Under the pieces are notes generated by a model. The model was not told the origin of the DNA. It made no database searches and saw only the letters and a program-made list of their open reading frames with translations. The position numbers were made by a program, and so were the translations under genes. Shown piece by piece: positions 24,300-37,197 of a DNA stretch of 64,000 nucleotides (position 1 is its first letter; the number at the start of each line of letters is the position of its first letter). This stretch comes from Chiloscyllium plagiosum (lineage: Eukaryota). The DNA is taken from contig NC_057718.1 of the NCBI RefSeq assembly GCF_004010195.1, positions 26,260,990 to 26,324,989 on the forward strand, written 5' to 3'.

Positions 24300-25045
24300 T
24301 AGATGGCAGTGGAGTAGGGCTCTTCTGCTTTACTTTTTGTTTCCTTTTCTCTTTTTTTCCTATCTTTTCTTGCTTTTTTACCCTTTCTTTTCTTTTTTAT
24401 TTTACTTACCTGTTGTCACTTGGCCAGAGCAACGGCATCAGCGTGGACCCATGGCAGCAGCGTCGCAGGCGAGTCTGAGTTCCTTGCAGCTTCTGCATGG
24501 ACGAGGCGGTCCTAGCGCTCACCCATGGCTGCTGCAGTGGAAATGAGTTTAGGTTCCCGGCGACATCTGCATCCGGCGCAGATTCACGGATGAGGTGGTG
24601 GGGGCACATTTGGGCCCAATACAAGATTCGGAAGCGTCAGCAGTGGCAGCATCTGCAAGGTGGGCCCGAAGTGGACACATGGCAGTGGCAGAGTTGATTT
24701 TGGGCTGGTGCAGTACCCGGTAGCATCTACGTTGGCGAGGGCAAGCGAGGACTCATACTGGCAAGGGCTTCAGCTGACGTGAGGTGACACCGAAGAGATG
24801 ACGGCTGTTGTACTAACGGTAGTGGCACGGCGAGTCGACTCATGCCTATCCAGAGGCCAATGGCCCATGGTGGAGTACTTCACAACAAGGACTATCAGGT
24901 TGAACAGTTTTTTTTATTTCTCTGCCTTTATATTCTATGTTTTGATTTATTTTTCTGTGTTTTAAGGCGCTGGAGATGGCAAAACTATACAACATTTTTT
25001 ACTGTTTGTTGTCACAAAATGCACAATACAATAAATAAATAAACC
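24300..25045 (+). mobile_element. Non-autonomous retroelement with Rex/Babar-like tail
   Basis: agatggcagtggag start, T-rich block, GC-rich body and an end ...acaataaataaataaa. It shares its 3' part with 62652-62930. Confidence 0.5.
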
Positions 25046-25787
25046 AAATTTATTTCAAGTCACATTTCTTAATTTATCTTGGGGTTAGTAAGTAATAAAA
25101 TTCCTCTTTATTTCACTCAAAAGAAGTTTCTAACTGGCTTCGTACTTTTCACTAATATTACATTTTAATTAAAGTGCGGTATAACTATGTGCTAAAAATA
25201 ATTTAAAATGTTTGTTGCAACTGACTAAGGGTGTTAAAAAGAGGGGAGTCAATCTACCCCTGCTGACCTGCTTTAACACGACATGTATGTGAAGCGACGG
25301 AGGGATTTTTTATATTATAATCTTTGTTGATGGGTGTGCCAGAAACCCTGTACTTCAAATTGATCACTGTGCCTGGCAGATATATTTGTGAAAGATTCTT
25401 ATGCCCCAGGGTCTAAGTTGAAGTCAGTTTTAAATATCCAACTCATACTCAGCACTATCTATTCTGCTCAATGTCAAAAGAAATTTAAAGTAAATTAAAC
25501 TGACTGTGAGGCAAGCACACTTTGAAATTACCTTAACTCGCGAGAACCTTGCAATTATGCAGAACGAAAGCAAAATACTGCAGATGCTGGGCCACTGACA
25601 TAAGACAGAAAATGCTGGAAATACACGACAAATCTGACAGCATCAGTGAGAAAAACTGGGTTAACCGCCAAGATTTTCATTCACTCGTCCCACCCTGCCA
25701 TCAGGAACCAGAAATACCAGCATCAGCAAAGACCTGAGGGGCTGAATAGCCGACTTGTACTCCGAATTCATATGTTCATAGCTAAGT

Positions 25788-26128
25788 AGGGAGGCAGTAA
25801 TGTGGTGGGAACGTCATTGGAGCAGTGATCCAGATTCCCAGTCAAACTGTCTGAGGACACGGGTTTGAGTCCCGCCTTCAGAGATGATGGAATTTCGATG
25901 CAATGAAATCTGGAATTAAAAAAGAAGTTGACTTAATGGCAAACATTGTTGTGAAAACCCATCAGTTTTGTTGAAGTCCTTTAAGAAATGAAACCTGCCA
26001 TCCTTTCCTGGTCTGGCCTACATGTGACTCCACACCCACAGCAATGTGGTTGACTCTTGGTAACGAGCAATAAGTTCTGGCTGAGCCAGTGATGCCCACA
26101 TGGCAAGAAAGCTTGGACATTAAAAAAA
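25788..26128 (+). mobile_element. tRNA-derived SINE (same family as 13505)
   Basis: B-box-like gggtttgagtccc, core aaacctgccatcctttcctggtctggcctacatgtgactcc, A-rich end. Confidence 0.75.
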
Positions 26129-26935
26129 AGCCCAGAAGGCAATTTTGAAGGAGGCAGCCAAATAAATGGTTGATTCCAGGACTCCCATTCAAATAAAGAT
26201 GCTGGGTGGGTACCTGAATCTGGAGTTATACCAGAAGGCTGTTCAAGAATCATAATTGGCTGTTCCACTGTCAGAAGTGGATATTACTGAAGAATGTAGG
26301 AAGGTGGTGAGGGCACCTCCACTGCAGTTGTTGGAAATAAGAGGAAGATCTAAGAGGGCGTGTTCCCCTCAAATGGTAAATTGAATGGCCATGTGGTCAG
26401 GTAGGTAACCATTCTCAGTGTAATCCTGACTCGTGCATAACCCTGTGGAAGTGGGCACGTCAGGGAGCCAGCTTGAAGGATTTTCCTCTTCTCGTCAGGC
26501 TCCCCTGTTGGAATAATTGAAAATTGAACCCCATGTTTCAGGTCGGTGATCTTTTATCAGATTAGTTACCTCTGATTTTCTCTGTCCACAAAGGGTGCAG
26601 TACATCTTAATCATCGTGTACAGATTTATTTGCTGAGCCTGGATTAAGAAATGAAAATTCCACGGAGAAAAGAGCTTTTTTTCTCACATTTTCAAATTCT
26701 AAAATTAGTTTTAGTTTGGCATTTGACCTAATTGTAAGTGAGCCAGTTACACAATATCTGTCACGCTTGCAAAGTTGCTGATGTAGGTTGAAAGCCTTAT
26801 ATAAATTTTATCCTTGGCCACTATAATTCTAGTATAGGCAATAAATGTGAATAAAGGATGAGTCCAAACATGGATCCAAGTTGCACAATGAGTTTAGAAA
26901 GATTCTTGTGTACCACAGTAGGCAGGAATGTTAGA

Positions 26936-27055
26936 AGGGCTTATGTCCGAAACATCGATTCTCCTGCTCCTTGGATGCTACCTGACCTGCTGCGCTTTTC
27001 CAGCAACACATTTTTCAGCTCTGATCTCCAGCATCTGCAGTCCTCACTTTCTCCT
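26936..27055 (+). mobile_element. Short PLE pseudo-LTR insertion (Neptune-type)
   Basis: Matches the terminus of the 5084 and 17458 elements; 12-bp TSD aggaatgttaga (26924-26935 / 27056-27067). Confidence 0.88.
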
Positions 27056-27374
27056 AGGAATGTTAGAGTAACCAGATACTTAGCTAATGTAAATGCAGTA
27101 ACATTTGCAAATAGTAATCAAATTATCAAAATGTCATTTGATCAAACAACATATACGCCAACCTCCAGGAAAATGTCTAATCAATTTTTAAAGAGCCCTT
27201 GGAATGGCAGAATCCAAGATGGTGGCGATCTAGAAAAATCACATTGCAGAGCTCCGCTCCATATCGCAAGCGGGACCAAGTCCTAACCCACCTACCGGGA
27301 CCACCATGATATCCTGGGACTCTGGAAAGATCATGGAGTCCCAGGAAACTGTCAGAGAGCAACTTAACCAGCCT

Positions 27375-28134
27375 ACAGGATTCTCGGACTTGATTTCCTA
27401 CCAGTCCTGGTAAAGGAGCTTGATAAATCCCGCAAGATGTTAGTCAAGCAGTCAGAGGAGAAGCTGGCCCTGATCTCTATCATGCTGCAGAAGCATGCAC
27501 AGCAGCTGGGAGACCTGAAGAAAAGGACGGATGAGGTAGAATGCAGGGTCACAGTGGTGGAAGCTGACACCAATTCCTCCAAGGATAGGATCCAGGCCGT
27601 GGAGACGCAGGTTGGTAATTTGCTTAACCAGGTTAATGACCTCGAGAACAGGAACAGGAAAAAAAAATTCGGATTGTCGGTCTGCCAGAGGGTAAGGAAG
27701 GTGAGCGGCTGGTGGAATTTATTGAGGACTGGTTGCTGAAATTCCTTAATTTGTAGGCTGGAATGAGAAGCTTCAAGATTGAGAGGGCTCACCGGGTCAT
27801 GGCACGGAGGTCAGGTCTGGATCAACGTCCTTGTCCTATCTTGGTGCGGTTTCATGACTTTGGATGTAAGGAGAGAATCATGGAAGCTTCCAGAATCCAG
27901 GGGAAGGATCTGAAGGCCCTAGTTTATGAGGACTCTAATATCATGTTCTTCCAGGACTTCTCAGCGGCGATGATATGGAAAAGAAAACCCTATCACGGCA
28001 TCAAGAAAAGACTGAGGGAGCTCGGGTTCCTGTATTCTCTGAGGTATCCGGTGCTTCGGAGGACCTTAGATGAATATGTACATCTCTTTGACACATTGGA
28101 GAAGGCCAGGGACTTTGTGGACAAATTAACTTAA
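27375..28134 (+). pseudogene. L1 ORF1p (coiled coil, RRM, CTD), frameshifted
   Basis: Heptad-like segment ending NDLENRNRKK, then IERAHR, PILVRFH, FFQDFS, KRK and LRYP motifs. Confidence 0.88.
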
Positions 28135-29388
28135 TCTGAACAATTTAGTATGAACAAATAATAGTGTTGTTTGGATTTGTCTCTACTTTTCTTTAAAAAA
28201 AGAGAGGAATTCTGGTCGGGACTTTCTTTTCCCTTTTTTTAATTGGTAATAAGCTGGTCCAAACTATGCTCAGGGGTGATTGAGATGTGTACTTTCAATT
28301 TCTAACTTAAGTTATACCAAAGGATAGGTGGGGTACTTTTTTTTTTCCTAAATTTCTTTGTTCACATTGTTGTTTCATGGTGTATTTTCTTTCTTGCACT
28401 TGTGTTTGTGATGCGGCTGTAGCTAGGAGGAGGGAAAATGGTTGGGATGGCTAGATGCCTACTTATGGGCAGTTTATGCCCGGTTCAGGTATTTAAATGC
28501 CCTGGCTGCACTATTAACAATAGGATGAAAAGTTGGTTTTTGGGGTCTGTAGATGCGCCCTTTGGGCAGGGGGTGCATTCCCCTATTCAGCACCATTGGC
28601 GCTTTATATGTTGGTTTGCTTTTTGTTGTATGTAGTCTTTGATAGCTTTGTAGGTTTGCTAACTTGGTTTTAGTTTATGTAGTTTTTATGTTCGATGGAT
28701 CTTGCAACACGAAGGCTGGGCGATTTGTAATTCAAGCACCTCCTCTCTGGAATCTAAGTATTACTGCAGAAGGTTATGGCTAATGACTTGATTAAATGGT
28801 GTACCTGGAAACATCAAGGGGAGTCACTCACCAATTAAGAAGAAGAAGATACTTTCAAGTCTCAGAAAGAAAAAGGTGGATATTGCTCGATTACAGGATG
28901 ATAGGGAGTGTTTGAAACTCTAGCAGAGTGGCTTTGACTGGGTTTACTTCTCATCTTTTAACACCAGAAGTAGGGGAGTGGCTATATTAGTTAGAAGAAA
29001 TCTCCCATTTAAGTTACTGGAGTGTGTTAAAGACACACACGGGAGGTTTGCAATTCTCAAAGCCCTGATAAACGGGGAAGAATGTGGTGTTTTAAATATG
29101 TACTGCCCTCTGACCCATCCCCTCAAATTTCTGGTAGATGTGTTCTCTAAATTGATTAGTCTCAAGTCCTGGCATTTAATTATAAGGAGAGATTTTAATT
29201 ATCTTATGGATCCCACAGTAGACAGGTTGCCCAAAGGCCCCCTGATACCCTCTGTACAAGCTAAACAATGAGTGAATCAGTGTGTGGAGTTAGGGTTGAT
29301 GAATGTCTGGAGGTCTTTCCACCGTACAGGCAGGGATTTTACGTTTTTTTTTCCAATCCTCACAGATGTCACACCAGGATCGATTTTT

Positions 29389-30175
29389 AGCAAGTTTTGA
29401 GAAGATTTGTAGCTCAGGTTGAGGTTCTGGATGCAGGTTTGCTCGCTGAACTGGAAGGTTCATTTCCAAACGTTTCGTTGTCCTACGAGATAACATCTTC
29501 AGTGGGCCTCCGGGCGAAGCACTGCTGATGAATCCTGCTTTCTATTTATATGTTTGGGTTTCTCTGGGTTCGTAATGTCATTTCCTGTGGTGATGTTATT
29601 TCCTGTTCTTTTTCTCAGGGGGGGTGGTAGATGAGGTCTAACTCAATGTGTTTGTTGATAGAGTTCCAGTTGGAATGTCATGCTTCTAGGAATTCTCATG
29701 TGTGTTTCTGTTTGGTTTGTCCTTGGATGGATGTATTGTCCCAGTCAAAATGGTGTCCTTCCTTATCTGTATGTAAGGATAGTAGTGAGAGAGGGTCATG
29801 TTGTTTTGTGGCTAGTTGATGTTCATGTGTCCTGGTGGCTAGTTTTCTGCCTGTTTGTCAAATGTAGTGTTTGTTACAGTCCTTGCACGGTATTTTGTAA
29901 ATGAAATTTGTTTTGCTTGTTGTCTGTATAGGGTCTTCCAAGTTCATTAGCTGCTGTTTTAGTGTGTTGGTGGGTTTGTGGGCTACCATGATGCTCAGGA
30001 GTCTGAGTCGTCTGGTAGTCATTTCCGAGATGTCTTTGATGTAGGGGAAAGTGACTAGAGTTTCTGGGTGTGTTTTATCTGCTTGTTTGGGTTTGTTGCT
30101 GAGAAATCGGCGGACTATGTTCATTGGGTACCCATTCTATTTGAATACACGGTGTAGGTGATTTTCCTCTGCTCT
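29389..30175 (-). mobile_element. Penelope/Poseidon-type PLE 3' fragment (GIY-YIG plus pseudo-LTR) inserted in L1 ORF2
   Basis: ORF 29858-30124 reads VTFPYIKDISE...IYKIPCKDCNKHYI. TSD ggat(c/t)gattttt (29377-29388 / 30176-30187). Hammerhead-like motif at 29466-29505. Confidence 0.9.
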
Positions 30176-30774
30176 GGATTGATTTTTTTCTGACCCCTGT
30201 GGCAACCCTGGACTTGGTGGCATTTTGTACGATTGGTAATATTACCATCTCCGATCACACTCCAGTGTACCTTTTGGTTAAGATTAAGGAGGGTAGAGTG
30301 GGCCTGAGGCACTGGCAAATGGATCCCTTAAGGATAATAAGTTTGTGGAGTACTTCTCTAAGGAATTTTGGGCGTTCCTTGACATTAATTCAGGCTCAAC
30401 TCGTAGCCCATCTGTGCTTTGGGAAACTGCCAAAATCTATGCCAAAGGATTAGTTATTTCCTATCTGCCAGTAGGAAGCAGCAGAAGGGCGAGCAGCAAT
30501 GTCTCCTTGAAGCACGGTTGAAGGCAGCAGCAAAGGCTTAGTTTGACAGGCCCTCGTTGGCCAAACTACAGAGGATTACGGCACTGCGGTCTGCATTGAA
30601 TTCCGTGCTCACACAGACAGCAAAGAAGGAGCTTTCTTTCTCAAAATAAAGGTTATATGATAATGGTGACAAAGTGGGCAAGTACCCTGTGTATCTATCC
30701 AGGAAAAGGAGTGCCCCTTGAGCCAATATGTTGATTATGGAAGGGTCTGGGAGCCTAACATTTGATTCCAAGAA

Positions 30775-30925
30775 GGTCAGGTGAATTGGCCATGCTAAAT
30801 TGCCCGTAGTGTTAGGTAAGGGGTAAATGTATGGGTGGGCTGCGCTTCAGCGGATCAGTGTGGACTTGTTGGGCCGAAGGGCCTGTTTCCACACTGTAAT
30901 GTAATGTAATGTAATCTAATCTAAT
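30775..30925 (+). mobile_element. HE1-type V-SINE 3' half inserted in L1 ORF2
   Basis: gtgaattggccatgctaaattgccc...gggccgaagggcctgtttccacactg followed by a (gtaat)n(ctaat)n tail. Confidence 0.85.
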
Positions 30926-33900
30926 GTGGCATTCCAGAGATTCTGACGGTTGTGAGGAGGGGCGAACCAAGATGGAGTCCTTTTTCAAGGGTCTGGAGCT
31001 CCGGGTGACCCCCAAACAAGAGTCTTTTCTCAATGCCCCCTCATCAGAGCAAGATTCCCAGCAAATTCTATAAGGAATTTATAAGCATATTGTCAGGCCC
31101 GATGCTCAATATGTTTTCGGACTTGTACAGTCATGATCGTCTCCTGCCATCTCTAAGAAAGACCAATATTTCGCTTATTCTTAAAAAAGGGAAGGTCCCG
31201 GAGGACTGTGCATTTTTTCAGACTCATTTCACTCTTAAATGTTGACTTTAAAATCTTCTCAAAGACTCTTGCGTTAAGGCTGGAGACTGCGTTACCTTCT
31301 ATTGTGAAAGAGGACCAGATAGGCCTCATAAAGGGCCGTAGATCCTCCAGTAATGTTAGGAGGCTACTTAATGTAATTCAGGCATGTCAACAACAGTCAG
31401 TACAGGGATTGGTAATTGCTCTAGGTGCAGAGAAGGCATTTGACCGAGTTGAGTGACCGTACTTTTTGTACACTCTGGAGCGGTTTGGTTTGGACAAAGC
31501 CTTTATAAGATGGGTAAAGGTTCTCTCCAGTGACCCTCTCACTGCAGTTATCACCAATGGGATATGATCAAGCAATTTTAGCGTTTTTAGAGGCAGTGCC
31601 GACAGGGCTGTCCCCTTTCGCCATTGCTTTTTACATTGGTGATTGAACCGTTAACGGAGACTATTCGTAGAGATCCTAAAATATTGAAGTGGGGTCAAAA
31701 TTACATAAGATTTCGTTGTACATAGATGGTGTCCTCTTTTCTTTTTGTCAAGTCCAGCAGTTTTGGTGCCTCGCCTGATACAATGCTCACTTAGCAACTT
31801 TTCAGAGTAGAAGATTAATTTTGCAAAATCAGAGGCTATGTCTATGGGCAGTCTTACGAAGGGGCTAGGTCTTGAGGGCAAATCTCAATTCCCATTTAAG
31901 TGGTCACAGGGAGTTTTATGTATTTGGACTTATTCATCGCTCTAGTTCTTGATCGGTTGTTTAATTTTGTTCAATTATTCAACAAAATCAAACAAGATCT
32001 TCAAAGATGGGAGGCTCATCCGGTCTCGTGGTTAGGTCGGATAGCACTTATTAAGATAAATATTTGCCCCCGTTTGTTGTACCCTCCACAGATACTCCCC
32101 CTGATTTTCGACAAGCAAACATTCAGGAGACTGAACTTCTGTTTCAACTCTTTTATTTGGCATCGTAAGCAGCCCCTTATTAAATTAGCTAAACTGCAAT
32201 TGCCTCATAGACTGGGAGAGTGCTTCTCTCAGACACTAAAAACGATCAACTAAGCTTGCTTTTATCTTACGTAAGTGATTGGGCTTGTGGGGACCCTCTT
32301 TCAGTATGGTTAGATATCGAAACCTCTTAGGCAAAATGTCCCCTTACTAGTTTGCTGTTTTTGGACAAAATAAGGACAGTTAATAATATTGCCATAACCC
32401 AATAGTTATTAATACTGTTAAATTAAGAAGGGCAATTCAGCAGAAGGAAGGCAATATTGCCAAAACATCTTTTCTTCAACCTATAGTGGATATGCCGAGT
32501 TTTCAACCAGGGATAATAGATTCAGGATTCAAACATTGGGTGACTAGGGGTGTGTCTTGCATGGGTGATTTATTTGAGGGAGACGCAATGATGTCCTTTT
32601 ATCAGTTAGCGCAAAAATACATGCTATCTAATGGGGATTTCTTACGTTTTTTTTCAAGTTAGGGATTTTATTCAAAAAAACTACACTTTTGACTGAACCC
32701 TAGAAATCCAACGTAGAGAGAGGGTGCTCAGTGCTGAGAGTACACTTTCTGTCATCAACTGGGGGTGCCCTCTCAGATGAGTTCAATCGACTCTGCAGGG
32801 TGTGGGAGAGAGAGCTAGGCTTTGAGATCTCCTCAGAGGCATGCAAAGATATTTCAGAAAATGCAAGAAAGATATAAATTTGCAATTAGACCCATGCTTT
32901 ACAGTTGAAGGTTCTCCACAGGGTCTACTTGGCTCTGGATTGTTTGTCAAAATTTAAACCAGGGGTATCTTCAACATGTCCCAAATGTAAAGTTGGTACG
33001 AGCACTCTTACCCATTGTCTCTCATCCTGTGATAGGCCTCAAACATTCTGGAGCACTGTGGCAGGTGCCATGGAAGGGATTTTTGGTGTAAGAGTGGAGA
33101 AGACCCCAATCTCTCTTCTTCTTGGCCTGCCCAGTGTGTTCCCTGTAGATGTGTAAAGAAATAAACTTCTCAACATCCTCGCTTTCTGATCAAGAAAGAT
33201 AATCTTGTTGGGTTGGGAGTCCAAAAATCCCCTGGTCCTGTCAAGTTGGTGGAAGATTGTTATGGAGCATATCCCTTCGGAATTTCTCACAAATATGGTA
33301 CACCACAAAACGGAGAATTTCTTTTAGACATGGCGGCCCTTTTTGGAATACTGCCACACTAATAAGGGCTTTTATATAGCCGTTACGATTGTGCTTCACG
33401 AGTCCACGAGGGGGATCTGCGAACGTATGAACAGGTGAAAACTAATGGTCTCGATATTCAAGAGTTGGTGTTTTATTTGGCTGAGCTGTATTATTATTAT
33501 TTACTAGTTTGTTGTTAGTTATTATTGATTTGGTTAAGTAGTTGGAATTTTTTATATATATTTATACATTTGTATATGAGGGCGGTTTGGGTTTTTGCAT
33601 TTTTATTGGTGTTCTTTCTTTTTATTGTTTTGAACTGTATTGTTTTGTATTTGTTGTAACAATAACAAATTTATTTTCCAATAAAAATATATTTTAAAAA
33701 AAGCGAGCCCTTGGAATAGATGCTTCCATCTAGCAGTGTCATCCAAAACGAGTGTAAAGGCTGTTTAAATATGCAAACCAGGAGCCCGCATTGATTGTAG
33801 GAATCCCAATGTAATTTGCATAAAGAAGTGCATAGGCTGAGCATTTTAGCACTCACTTCTGACACAATTCTCAAAATACTACTAGAAAAGACAACGTTGT

Positions 33901-35345
33901 CCAGGAGAATTCTGAGATACAGACTACTAGACTAGACAGGATTGAGGTTCACAAGGAGGTGGAAAGTGTGAAAATAGATAAGTCCCCTGGGCCGGTTGGG
34001 ATTTATTCTAGGATTCTCTGGGAAGCCAGGGAGGAGTTTGCCAAGCCTTTGGCTTTGATCTTCATGTCGTCATTGTCTACAGGAATAGTGCCAGAAGACT
34101 GGAGGATAGCAAATGTTGTCCCCTTGTTCAAGAAGGGGAGTAGAGAACAACCCTGGTAATTATAGACCCGTGAGCCTTACTTCGGTTGTGGGTAAAGTGT
34201 TGGAAAAGGTTATAAGAGATAGGATTTATAATCATCTAAAAAGGAATAAGTTGATTAGGGATAGTCAACATGGTTTTGTGAAGGATAGGTCGTGCCTCTC
34301 AAACCTTATTGAGTCCTTTGAGAAGGTGACCAAACAGGTGGATGATGGTAAAGCAATTGATGTTGTGGATATGGATTTCAATAAGGTGTTTGATAAGGTT
34401 TCACATGCACAAAATACAGAGTCATGGGATCGAGGGTGATTTAGCCATTTGGATCAGAAATTGGCTAGCTGGAAGAAGACAGAGGGTGGTGGTTGATGAC
34501 AAATGTTCATCCTGCAGTTCAGTTAATAGTGGTGTACCACAAGGATCTGTTTTGGAACCACTGCTGTTTGTCACTTTTATAAATGACATGGGTGAGGGTG
34601 TAGAAGGATGGGTTAGTAAACTTGTGGATAATACTGAGATCAGTGGCGTTGTGGATCGTGCTGAAGGATGGTGCAGGTTACAGAGGGATATAGATAAGCT
34701 TCAGAGCTGGGCTGAGAGGTGGCAAAAGGCATTTAATGCGGAAAAGTGTGAGGTGATTCACTTTGGAAGGAGCAACAGGAACAAAGAATGCTGGTCTAAT
34801 TGTAAGATTCTTGGTAGTGTAGATGAGCAGAGAGATCTTGGTGTCCATGTACACAGATCCCTGAAAGTTGCCACCTAGGTTGATAGGGTTGTTAAGAAGG
34901 CATACAATATGTTAGCTTTTATTTGTAGAGGGATTGAATTTTGGAGCCACAAGATCATGCTGCAGCTGTACAAAACTCTGGTGAAGCCACATTTGGAGTA
35001 TTGTGTACAGTTCTGGTCACTACATTATTGGAAGGATGTGGAAGCTTTGGAAGGGGTCCAGGGAAGATTTACTAGGATGTTGCTTGGTCTGGAGGGAAAG
35101 TCTGCTGAGGAAAGGCTGAGGGACTTGAGGCTGTTTTCGTTAGAGAGAAGAAGATTGAGAGATGACTCAATTGAGACATAAGATAATCAGAAGGTTAGAT
35201 TGGGTGGAGATGGCTAGCTCGAATGGACATAGCTTTAAATTGAGGGGTGATAGATATAGGACAGATGTCAGAGGTAGTTTCTTTGCTGCCTGCAACAGTA
35301 GTAGACTCGCCAACTTTAAGGGCATTTAAATGGTCATTGGATAAC

Positions 35346-35480
35346 TTTTTATTCCTGATGAAGGGCTTTTGCCCGAAACGTCGATTTCGAAGCTTTTCAG
35401 ATGCTGCCTGAACTGCTGTGCTCTTCCAGCACCACTGATCCAGAATCTGGTTTCCAGCATCTGCAGTCATTGTTTTTACC
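35346..35480 (+). mobile_element. PLE pseudo-LTR fragment inserted in the CR1 3'UTR
   Basis: Related to the Neptune-type terminus (gatgctgcctgaactgctgtgctcttccagc...ccagcatctgcag). The host CR1 3'UTR resumes at 35481. Confidence 0.8.
35351..35386 (+). ncRNA. Minimal hammerhead ribozyme motif, sense to the host gene
   Basis: attc-CTGATGA-a-gggc-tttt-gccc-GAAA-cGTC-gatt; core and GUC cleavage triplet intact. Confidence 0.72.
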
Positions 35481-36640
35481 ATATGGATGAAAATGGGTAG
35501 TGTAGGATACATAGGCTTCAGATTGGTTCCACAGGTCGGCGCAACATTGAGGGCCGAAGGGCCTGTACTGGACTGTAATGTTCTATGTTCTATAAGCCAC
35601 TAAGTAAAAAATCATTTTTTTCAGATGTTTTGTGATGTATAAAACTCTAATTCCATCCTGCCAGGTCCTCTTTGCTTCTTTGCCATCCAAATAAAGTTTG
35701 CCCTGGTTAGTATTTATTTTCAGTGAGTTGGAGCATAGATCATCTGTTTAGGATTCACAGTTCACTACAAAACATGTTGAAATGATCTGTGCTGAAAGAT
35801 AGTTTTAGTTTTCTAACTGCTACAATAGCTAGGCATCTTTAGACAATTATCGATTTTGTTTATTATTCTTTCACGGGATATTGGCATTTAGCTGCTCAGT
35901 AAGGTAACAGGCCTGGCCTTATTCTTGATTGTTGCAATTGGGTGAACCTTGGCATTCTTCGGACTATTGTAATAACACTGCAGTTAACTTGACATTACTG
36001 TACAAGTGGGACATTTCTCTTTTCAGTTGTATTTTGGCTTTCAGAGTTTAATGTGTCAATTCTCACTCATCCGTTGACCACAATACCTCTAACCTCCATT
36101 AGCTGCTTAACACCAAAGCATCAAATCCATAATCCTCACCTGGACTAACAAGTCCATGGCCTTGCCATAACTCTTCCAATCCCTCTATCTCTTCAACCCA
36201 ACTGATGTTCTTCACTCCTTCAGTTGTAGCCTAGTGTAGATCCTACCCTCTCCCACACCATCACTGGGCCCCTTCACATTGCTACTCCCTCACCTTTAAA
36301 AGCCTCTGCTCTTCAAACAAGTTGATGACCCTCTCCTTGATTGTCAATCATTGCTTAAGTCTACTTCTTTGCTGTGATATTTAAGGGCACAATAGCTATT
36401 GCATTTATAAGTCTGTACGTCTATAGTCAGCTCTTGCTGCAATACCCTCTTTTTGTGTTTGCACGCCTGCAAATAGTGACTGGGTGCTCTGCAGCTGCAA
36501 TACTTCATTCCACATGTTTGCACACTTACGGACATTTTGATAAATTTTGATAAATTTGAAGTTAGTTATCCGAAGAATCTTTTCCTCAATGGTGAATCTC
36601 TATATTTACCTGTGATTCCGACACTAACTTCAAGATTCAT

Positions 36641-37197
36641 CGTTAAAAATCACACAACACCAGGTTATAGTCCAACAGGTTTAATTGGAAGCACACTAGC
36701 TTTCAGAGCGATGCGCCTTCATCAGGTGATAGTGGAGGGCTCGATCGTAACACAGAATTTATAGCAAAAATTTGCAGTGTGATGTAACTGAAATTATACA
36801 TTGAAAAATTGATTGTCTGTTAAGCCTTTCATCTGTTAGAATACAGTGATAGTTTCACTTCTTTCATGTGTAAATCACAAAACCCTTTTTTTTAAAGTTG
36901 CATTCTCGGGTTAGCTGTTAACAATGGTGATAGCTAGACAATATGTTGAAGGTGTTAGCCCCCGTGTTCTCTGTCTATGACCTGATGTTTAGATTGATTC
37001 TAATCTAAAAAGTTAGATAACAGAGGTTTACATAAATTCATGCAGTTTTTGAGCTCAGAATTCTACATGAATGTATGCAGATTTTAAGGAGCGTCGCTCT
37101 GAAAGCTAGTGTGCTTCCAGTTAAACCTGTTGGACTATAACCTGGTGTTGTGTGATTTTTAACTTTGTACACCCCAGTCCAACACCGGCATCTCCAA
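36641..37197. mobile_element. Fold-back non-autonomous PLE derivative (third family)
   Basis: Inverted repeat 36642-~36718 / ~37087-37163 plus a 34-nt one-sided extension; 12-bp TSD ttcaagattcat (36629-36640 / 37198-37209); hammerhead-like motif at 36694-36728 (-). Confidence 0.85.

Larger units (their letters stand above)
28776..33360 (+). pseudogene. L1 ORF2p (APE endonuclease, RT, C-terminal CCHC), many stops/frameshifts and two insertions
   Basis: MANDLIKWCTW..; GVAILV; RDFN; TRID; ISDHTPV; RLISLLNVDFKI; AEKAFDRVE; QGCPLSP; CPKC..THCLSSC. Confidence 0.9.
27206..33704 (+). mobile_element. Full-length, inactivated L1-clade LINE
   Basis: 13-bp TSD gagcccttggaat (27193-27205 / 33705-33717) next to a TTTTT/AAA target. 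It has a 5' ggcagaatccaagatgg end, ORF1, a T-rich spacer, ORF2, AATAAA at 33680 and a short A tail. Confidence 0.93.
33890..35593 (+). mobile_element. 5'-truncated CR1 (HER1-like) LINE, RT region with 3' tail
   Basis: ORFs 33959-35181: [47 protein letters not shown]; tail gttctatgttctat. Confidence 0.93.

Noticed and set aside
24283..24546. Hydrophobic Phe/Leu-rich ORF as a membrane protein
   Set aside because: It is the translation of the T-rich block of a repeat element.
23600..25278. Possible additional solo LTR split by the 24300 element
   Set aside because: It has an LTR-like end (AATAAA ... TAACA), but I could not define a 5' TG terminus or a TSD.
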